Origin: Candidatus Bathyarchaeota archaeon
Lineage (GTDB): Archaea > Thermoproteota > Bathyarchaeia > Bathyarchaeales > Bathycorpusculaceae
DNA length: 64,000 nt
Direction of reading: 5' to 3'
NCBI GenBank assembly: GCA_963767735.1
Contig: CAVYES010000002.1
Location: 192,001 to 256,000 of the forward strand
A model generated the notes under the pieces. The model had not been told where the DNA came from, made no database searches, and saw nothing but the letters and a program-made list of their open reading frames with translations. A program made the position numbers and the translations under genes. Positions within the stretch are counted from its first letter, which is position 1. Every line of letters begins with the position of its first letter. This document shows positions 57,597 to 64,000 of this stretch, in pieces.

Positions 57597-58667
57597 TTAC
57601 TCTTTTTGCCTTTGCGCTTTTGGAATGTAGGCGCATCTTGGGTCTGAACCTAAAATGTCTCCCGTGTAAAACAGTGCTGAGGAACGGCAGCCGCCACAAA
57701 TGTCCTTGTATTCGCAGATGCCGCATTTGCCTTTTATGTTGTTTTTGTCTTTTACTTTGGTGAAGAACTCTGAGTTTTGCATTTCACTCCAGATTTCTTT
57801 AAGCGATTTATCTTTGATGTTTCCTATTCTGTAGGAGTCGTTGTAGCTGCATGGTATGGCTTCGCCGTTTTCTGCGATACTCATGAATTTGCCGAAGAAG
57901 CACCTGCCCAGAAAGAAGTTGTTGTACCAGTTGTCAAAATCAGGCATTCCCCGCTGCTTTGCAACTCGCGCGTAGAAGGGAATGTACACGTTAATGGCTG
58001 GTTTCCCTTTGTACTCTGTCGTTAAATCGTAGAGTTTGTTGCAAACCCATTCGTACTGTTGCGGTTTGAGGTCGGCTTTGAGGCTTTTTTTGTCTTTGCT
58101 GTATGGGATGAAGCCGTGAAACACCACCCAGCGAGCGTCATATTTGCGGGCTAAATCAAGCACATGACGCATATCTGCCTCGTTAGCGTTTGTAACAGAG
58201 CCGCCAGCGTTGGCAAAAGTGTAAACAAGACAGTTCAACAGTTTCTTTTCTGAAAACTTTTCAATCGCTGAAACCGCGGCTGCATAAGCGCCTTTGCCTC
58301 GAATAGCATCATTTGTTTTCTCTGCACCGTCGATGCTTACGGAAATTTTAACTTCATTTTTGAGGATGTTTTCAAAAACCGCCTGGTCCATGAGGCGCCC
58401 ATCTGTTATGATGCTTGCGTTCAAACCAAGCTTTCTAGCATAACCTATTACTTCAAAAAGGTCCTTTCTCAGAAACGGTTGCCCACCAGTAATCCCGAAA
58501 AAGCTCGCGCCGAAATCGTAAACTTCATCAACAATTTTCATGGCGCCCACCGTGTCAACTTCGTCTGCAACAGAGGGTTTGCCTGCAGAAGTACAGTGCA
58601 CACAAGTGCTGCCGCATTCGAAAGTGCATCGCCAAGGAACAATAAACAAGGGCCCCTTACTCTTCAA
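57597..58667 (-). CDS. Radical SAM/SPASM protein (NirJ/Ahb-like)
   Basis: CTFECGSTCVHC, TGGQP, SIDG, SPASM GKCGIC...CGGCRS...DPRC. Confidence 0.88.
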   Translation of the reverse strand: MKSKGPLFIVPWRCTFECGSTCVHCTSAGKPSVADEVDTVGAMKIVDEVYDFGASFFGITGGQPFLRKDLFEVIGYARKLGLNASIITDGRLMDQAVFENILKNEVKISVSIDGAEKTNDAIRGKGAYAAAVSAIEKFSEKKLLNCLVYTFANAGGSVTNANEADMRHVLDLARKYDARWVVFHGFIPYSKDKKSLKADLKPQQYEWVCNKLYDLTTEYKGKPAINVYIPFYARVAKQRGMPDFDNWYNNFFLGRCFFGKFMSIAENGEAIPCSYNDSYRIGNIKDKSLKEIWSEMQNSEFFTKVKDKNNIKGKCGICEYKDICGGCRSSALFYTGDILGSDPRCAYIPKAQRQKE

Positions 58668-58849
58668 CCTTAACTCCCCACTAGATATCCTAATCCAAAA
58701 CAAATATGCTATTTAACACTTCACATTTTTTCTTAATTTTTCCAGGTTTAATTAAGTGATTAGATATTTAAGCGGGTTATATCTAACAACGTTGGATTCC
58801 AAAAGAGTTATTACTTTTATTTTACCTGATACTAGTTGAGGAAAGGAGA

Positions 58850-59023
58850 ATGGATGAGGAGAAGCTAGTGGAGACTAGCCGGCTTAATTGTGACCATGGA
58901 AATCAAAGATTGTACACGGACAGGCGCTTTGATATCGTTAATGGTTTTGAATTGAATTATACTCGCTGCATCAACTGCCACAAAATTGTCAGCTTAGAAG
59001 CAAAGAAATTTAGCAGTGAGTAA
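58850..59023 (+). CDS. 57-aa zinc-ribbon microprotein (not in ORF track)
   Basis: MDEEKLVETSRLNCDHGNQR...TRCINCHKIVSLEAKKFSSE; AGGAG SD. Confidence 0.65.
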   Translation: MDEEKLVETSRLNCDHGNQRLYTDRRFDIVNGFELNYTRCINCHKIVSLEAKKFSSE

Positions 59024-59037
59024 ATTCTTAGCTGTGC

Positions 59038-59445
59038 CTAACGTTTTTTGTGGTAAAGATAAAGCGGTCCCTGTTTTAGCAGATCCAAAATTCGCTGCGT
59101 TTGACCAGTTGAAAGTTTGCATGTTTTTGGCTCAGATAGGAACGGGAGCTTTTCTGGTGCGTTTTGAATGATGTGAAGGTCTTCCCATGTTACTTTGATG
59201 TCGTCGTAGGGGTATTGGTGTTCTTCATTTTCAACCCATGCGCCTGCATCTAATTCGTCGCCTTCAGGCAGCGAGGTGAAAGGCCCCACCAAACTCTTGT
59301 CATCGATGTTAAAGAGAAAGATCACAGAATTTGCTTTAATATCCTCTAAAGACTTCGATTCCTTGTCTGCGCAAGTATAGCGTTTTTCACTTAAACATTG
59401 CTGCTGAGACACTTTATTGCAGAACAGCACATATCCATCGTACAT
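59038..59445 (-). CDS. DCD-like domain protein
   Basis: GYVLFCN...C...IFLFN....LVGPF......LDAGAW...YP pattern. Confidence 0.6.
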   Translation of the reverse strand: MYDGYVLFCNKVSQQQCLSEKRYTCADKESKSLEDIKANSVIFLFNIDDKSLVGPFTSLPEGDELDAGAWVENEEHQYPYDDIKVTWEDLHIIQNAPEKLPFLSEPKTCKLSTGQTQRILDLLKQGPLYLYHKKR

Positions 59446-59517
59446 ACCTAGTAAAACCTACCTTCGACTAATTGGGTGTCTCTCGGCGTTTATTTCCTTT
59501 TCTGCTTTGAATCAAAA

Positions 59518-60708
59518 TTAGATGGGTCGTTTTTTGACTGACAGCGCAACGGTATACAAAGTCACAGCCGCCACTGCTGTCAGCACTAAAATGAGGTCTG
59601 GACTGCCGAACTCCGGCACAGTTGGGCTTGGCGATGCAGATGATGTGGGACTGGGAGTTATAGAAGGGAGAGGGGAATCTGATATCACCGAAACTGTATT
59701 GTTGGAAGGATTAGTTACGAATATTTCGCTCTTGAAAGAATCATAAGCTAAGCTTTGAAGTGCACTATTTGCTACAGTCACGTTTGCTATCACTGTGTTG
59801 TTGCCATCTGATATTACTGAGACAGTATTGCTGTAACCTGCGTAGGTTGCGAATATCTCGCCTTGTTTAGAATCATAAGCTAGGCGTACGGTAGTGGTCG
59901 GCATAGGGACAGATGCTACCACGGTATTAGTTTGGTCCGAAATCACTAAGACAGCGACAGTAGGATTAACCAACTGGTCTAGTTCGGGGTTCGGAACGCT
60001 TGCCACAAATATTTCTCCTTTGCCCGAGTCATAAGCCAAACCAAGGGGAATATTTTCCACAGTTACATTCGCAACTACGGTATTGGAGATATCTGAAATT
60101 ACAGATACCCAAGAGCTCGTATCTCCCTCAATAGACACGAACATTTCACCCAAGCCAGAATCATAAACTATCCCTTGAGGATGACCTCCGACAAGAACAG
60201 TTGAAACCACGCTGTTACTCGCATCTGATATAATGGAAACGGGTCCTCCCGGGTACTGGCTTGCTACGAACATTTCTCCATTGGCTGAATCATAAGAAAT
60301 GCCAACGACGCTGTTGAATCCCAAGGTTATGGTTGCTACTATGGCATTAGTGCTATCAGATATTACGGAGATGGTGCTGCTGCTAAACGAAAGCTCGCCA
60401 GGGTTATTTACTACAAATATTTCTCCTTTGCCGGAATCATAGGCTAAATCACTTGGGTTCAAAGCTCCAGATGACAAAGGTATGGTTGCAACTACAGAAT
60501 TGTTAGCATCGGAAATGACCGAGACGCTGTTGGAATCAGAATTGGCAACGAATACCTCTGCCTTGCCTGAATCATACACGGCACCCATTGGGCCCGACCC
60601 CACCGGTATCGTGGCGGTCACTTCAATCGCGTGAACCGCGTTGACCACTGATAATGCAAAAATAATAATGAAAAACATGCCCAAAACCTTCCAAGAAGTA
60701 TTATTCAT
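59518..60708 (-). CDS. YncE/YVTN beta-propeller surface protein with PEFG-CTERM
   Basis: About seven YDSGKGEIFV...VSVISD repeats; VPEFG-TM-KKR. Confidence 0.92.
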   Translation of the reverse strand: MNNTSWKVLGMFFIIIFALSVVNAVHAIEVTATIPVGSGPMGAVYDSGKAEVFVANSDSNSVSVISDANNSVVATIPLSSGALNPSDLAYDSGKGEIFVVNNPGELSFSSSTISVISDSTNAIVATITLGFNSVVGISYDSANGEMFVASQYPGGPVSIISDASNSVVSTVLVGGHPQGIVYDSGLGEMFVSIEGDTSSWVSVISDISNTVVANVTVENIPLGLAYDSGKGEIFVASVPNPELDQLVNPTVAVLVISDQTNTVVASVPMPTTTVRLAYDSKQGEIFATYAGYSNTVSVISDGNNTVIANVTVANSALQSLAYDSFKSEIFVTNPSNNTVSVISDSPLPSITPSPTSSASPSPTVPEFGSPDLILVLTAVAAVTLYTVALSVKKRPI

Positions 60709-60850
60709 TTCCGCTTCACCCGTATAATACTATGGCGCCGCATTGGTAATAACGTTTAAGTTTAGGGAAAAATCCATCACCGAATCGTAAGATGATTTAA
60801 ATTATGAATATTGCAATAGCGGAAGATTTAGAAAATTATTTAAAGCTAGT

Positions 60851-62263
60851 TTGATTGCTAACTCGTGTAAGGTGGAATGTGCTTTCAAAGCTCTTTCAGT
60901 AGCAAAATTCGGCGGCAGCCTCTTAGATGTGGAAGGTAAGGGAATCCCTAAAATCATCAAGCAGATAAAAGAAATCAGCAAAAAAGACGGCTTTGGCCCA
61001 ATCGTTGTTTTTTCTGCGCCCATGGGCTGTACTGATGCGCTTATACGGATAGGTGAATCTTACGCCCAATCATGCCAGCTTCCTCTTGAGCCGGTGTTTG
61101 AGGTTTATGAGCGGCTGGCGAATGCGCATGTTAAAGGAGAATGGCATAAACAAGCGTTAAGGGAATTGTCGAATTACAAGGCGTTGACGCAAGCTGCTTT
61201 GAACTCGGTTAACAAGCGTTTCAGCGGCCACATTAAAGCAAAAATCCTAACTTTAGGAGGAGAACTTGCCATGTCCACTTTGGCAGATTACATTTTGAAG
61301 AGCAACGGTTTAGACTCTTGCCGACTCCCGCTGGAAGAGTGGCCCATTGTTACTGACGACAACTTTGAGGATGCCATTCCGAATTATGAGTTAAGCAAAA
61401 AAAGAATCCACACATTACTCGAACCGTTGGAAGACGGCAAAATAGTTTCTATGGCAGGCTTCTTAGGCGTCACAGCTGATGGTCTTGAAACCATATTGGG
61501 CAGAGGCGGCTCAGATTTAACTGCAGTTTTCACTTCCTGCCTCTTAAAAGACCTCTACAATACTGAAACATTATTGTACAAAGATGTGCCAGTTCAAAGC
61601 GCTGACCCCAAAGTAGTGCGCGGACAAAAAACCGAGCGCGTGAAGGCGCTTACTTATAATGAAGCCCATAAAGCTTCAATGATGGGCATGAAAATAGTGC
61701 AGAGCCCAGCAATCGCCATGGCCAGACGCTTCACGCAGCCCCTACGGGTGGTGCCGATTGATGAGACAAAAATGTACTCGAAAATTGAGGCAGAAACAAG
61801 CGACGGAGAAATCGTCAAGTGCTTAACAGGCAAATCAGGCTGCGCGATCCTGTCGATGAACGATGAGAAAAGCAGGTCGCTGGAGGATTCTCTGAGAATA
61901 TGGGAAAAAAGAAATGACTTCATGGATTTAGGCGCTGAAACCATGGAGACAGGAGATCGGATTCGTGATTTTCTCTTCTTAGACGCTGATTACCTAAAGC
62001 GGAATGAGGAAAAAATCAAGGGCTTTGATGAAAACATGAAAATAGAATACGGTTTAGGCGTAGTCACACTCATCGGCGACCGAATGAAGGATTCTCCGGG
62101 CGTTGCATCATTGGCTATTAGCGCAATTTCTGGAATCAACATTAAACGCGGAATCTTTGCACCGCACACGTCACAAATAATAATAGTTGTCCAAGAAAAA
62201 AACGTCCACACCACCGTCGCAGCCATACACCATAAGAAACAAGAAATGAACAAACCTGTTTAA
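60851..62263 (+). CDS. Aspartate kinase family protein
   Basis: KFGGS, LGRGGSD, ADP, C-terminal ACT (IGDRMKDSPGV); start uncertain. Confidence 0.85.
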   Translation: MIANSCKVECAFKALSVAKFGGSLLDVEGKGIPKIIKQIKEISKKDGFGPIVVFSAPMGCTDALIRIGESYAQSCQLPLEPVFEVYERLANAHVKGEWHKQALRELSNYKALTQAALNSVNKRFSGHIKAKILTLGGELAMSTLADYILKSNGLDSCRLPLEEWPIVTDDNFEDAIPNYELSKKRIHTLLEPLEDGKIVSMAGFLGVTADGLETILGRGGSDLTAVFTSCLLKDLYNTETLLYKDVPVQSADPKVVRGQKTERVKALTYNEAHKASMMGMKIVQSPAIAMARRFTQPLRVVPIDETKMYSKIEAETSDGEIVKCLTGKSGCAILSMNDEKSRSLEDSLRIWEKRNDFMDLGAETMETGDRIRDFLFLDADYLKRNEEKIKGFDENMKIEYGLGVVTLIGDRMKDSPGVASLAISAISGINIKRGIFAPHTSQIIIVVQEKNVHTTVAAIHHKKQEMNKPV

Positions 62264-62374
62264 AAGCAAAGACGGCTTGTTTGAACTCTAACTTAGTTAA
62301 GCCTTAGCAGAAAAAGAATATAACTTCGTTGTGACAATATCATTGATTTCAGATTTTACTAGGAGTGGCTATAA

Positions 62375-63535
62375 TTGTCTTTAGCAAAATACTTCTCAAT
62401 CAAAAGGTCACTTCTTGTCATGATTGCAGGCTTGATAGTTTTCGGCATATACCTGTATTTCTTCATCGGCATCCACCAGATTTTCTCAGTTCTTGAACAC
62501 GTAAACTCTGTGCAATACACATTATTCTATTCCCTTGCACTAATAGGAGTATTATCCTCAGTATTTTTTTGGTCGGCAGCCTGGAACAGCATCCTGAGAA
62601 GTCTCTCCATCAAAATTCCCTATAGACGCGCTTACCTGTATTACTGGGTCAGCTACTTTGTAGATTTAGTTATTCCCTGCGCAACAGTGTGCGGTGAATT
62701 AACGCGATTGTACCTTGTCCAAAGTGAGACAAAAGAAAACTATGGCGCTCTTGGAGCGGTAGCGGTAACTAACCGCATAGTTGCCTACACAGTGGTAACC
62801 GTCGGATTATACAGCGGAGCATTTCTTATATTTTTGAAACCCGGAATCCCATCAATCGTAACAAATCTTTTCATTTTATTTTTGGTGGGCGTAACAATTT
62901 ACATGGGGGTTCTTCTTTACTTGGCGTTTGGTAAACAAGCGGCAAGAAACATCACAAATCTATACCTTAAATTGCTCAAAATTTTCAGACCAAAACGTTA
63001 CCATGTAAACAAAATAGAAGAAACCCAAAAATCCCTGGCACATTTCTACGAAGGATTTCAAACATTCCGCAAAAAACCGAAACTGCTAGTAAAACCCTTC
63101 ATCCTCCACTCGATTTCGTACCTGCTAGGCTTATCTGTTTTCGTGTTTATTTTCTATGCACTGGGAATACCCGCGTCAACCCCAGAGTTCTACATAGTCG
63201 TTTTCTTCATAACAACAGCATTTCAAGATGCAACAGCAAGCTTCTCAGTTGGCTCACTTGAAATTTTTCTGGCAACTATTTTGGTGCTCTATGGAATAAG
63301 CCCTGGCTTCAGCGGGGTCGCAGCGATAGTATTGAGAAGTGCTTTCTTCTGGTTTCCATTATTAGTAGGCTTTATCTGCGTGCAAATTGTTGGAGCAAAG
63401 AACCTGCTTGCCCCCAAACCTGAAACCCCAAAAACTGATTTAAAACCTACTGAGAAAAAAATTGAAACTACAACGGAAAAGCAAAAAAATGAACCGAGAA
63501 TTGAACCCGAAAGCTCAACTGAACAGCCGAGATAG
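62375..63535 (+). CDS. Flippase-like protein (LPG synthase TM / AglD2 family)
   Basis: Multi-TM; GELTR, R..FFWFP. Confidence 0.8.
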   Translation: MSLAKYFSIKRSLLVMIAGLIVFGIYLYFFIGIHQIFSVLEHVNSVQYTLFYSLALIGVLSSVFFWSAAWNSILRSLSIKIPYRRAYLYYWVSYFVDLVIPCATVCGELTRLYLVQSETKENYGALGAVAVTNRIVAYTVVTVGLYSGAFLIFLKPGIPSIVTNLFILFLVGVTIYMGVLLYLAFGKQAARNITNLYLKLLKIFRPKRYHVNKIEETQKSLAHFYEGFQTFRKKPKLLVKPFILHSISYLLGLSVFVFIFYALGIPASTPEFYIVVFFITTAFQDATASFSVGSLEIFLATILVLYGISPGFSGVAAIVLRSAFFWFPLLVGFICVQIVGAKNLLAPKPETPKTDLKPTEKKIETTTEKQKNEPRIEPESSTEQPR

Positions 63536-64000
63536 CTATGATTGCCTTGAAAGCGTCCTATTTTGAACGGCAATGGTCTGGTTTTTGTTTTTGCGTGAAT
63601 GATAAAGATTATCAGAATGCTTCCTAATACGGCGATAATTACCGTTATTATTAGGTAGCTTTGGGATACTCCTGCTGGGTTGATGCCCTGGATCACTGGG
63701 TTTGTCACATACGAAAATGTGACCTGAATCGAGTTGGACATGTCGTTTTCGAAATTCAACATGTATGTTCCTTTTTGCGTCGCAACGAAACTGAATGTGG
63801 TGGTTTTATCAATTATGCCTAAGTTAACGATTTCAGCATTGTTGGGGGCGCTCACCCAAAACTGAAGGGGTCCAGTGGTAGCGATAGTACCGTTAAATGT
63901 GGCTCCTTGGGGTAGCGTATACTGTAATTGGTTTGATGATGCGGAAAGAGTGAAGGCGGGAACTGTAGTAGCAAACGCTTCAACCGCCATCAATGACGCT
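63289..64000 (-). CDS. GOLD/emp24-like membrane-anchored protein, 5' end outside window
   Basis: FSFVATQKGTYMLNFEN plus C-terminal TM; true end probably near 63535. Confidence 0.6.
   Translation of the reverse strand, partial: ASLMAVEAFATTVPAFTLSASSNQLQYTLPQGATFNGTIATTGPLQFWVSAPNNAEIVNLGIIDKTTTFSFVATQKGTYMLNFENDMSNSIQVTFSYVTNPVIQGINPAGVSQSYLIITVIIAVLGSILIIFIIHAKTKTRPLPFKIGRFQGNHSYLGCSVELSGSILGSFFCFSVVVSIFFSVGFKSVFGVSGLGASRFFAPTICTQIKPTNNGNQKKALLNTIAATPLKPGLIP

Noticed and set aside
59518-60708. DNA repeats in the YncE gene as a repeat system
   Set aside because: Explained by beta-propeller blade repeats.
63289-63535. 247-bp antisense overlap of two genes
   Set aside because: An alternative frame after the TM helix stops near 63535; likely an indel or read-through tail.
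1-64000. Genome-wide TAG-to-pyrrolysine recoding
   Set aside because: Many conserved genes end at TAG at their expected lengths.

Overview
Chromosomal window from an archaeon, most likely Bathyarchaeia (inferred from L13e/L15e and RNase P genes, C1:G72 intron-containing tRNA-Tyr, PEF(G)-CTERM surface proteins). Core content: metG, porCDAB, an RNase P/L13e/L15e cluster, a large anaerobic tetrapyrrole/corrin cluster (hemA,B,C,D,L, cobA, sirC, cbiX-C, D, E, T, L, F, G, H and a domain-permuted amidotransferase; several genes carry single-base indels that look like assembly errors), pfkA, trm1, proC, aspartokinase, tRNA-Asn, tRNA-Tyr and three toxin-antitoxin loci. Most unusual signals: (1) a non-coding element family in which a conserved ~40-bp leader is followed by 10-bp-period tandem arrays whose unit sequence differs at each of four sites, two of them inside a 516-bp MITE-like element with TIRs and a 9-bp target duplication; (2) a truncated CysRS paralogue with a rebuilt amino-acid pocket next to a peroxiredoxin; (3) a 794-bp integrase-less, TA-only island at a two-intron tRNA-Tyr; (4) two hairpins with unrelated stems but the same CTCTCTCTTCC loop; (5) an RNase H-like/Zn-ribbon, SSB, HhH and microprotein cluster. 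All calls were made by eye, with no database searches.
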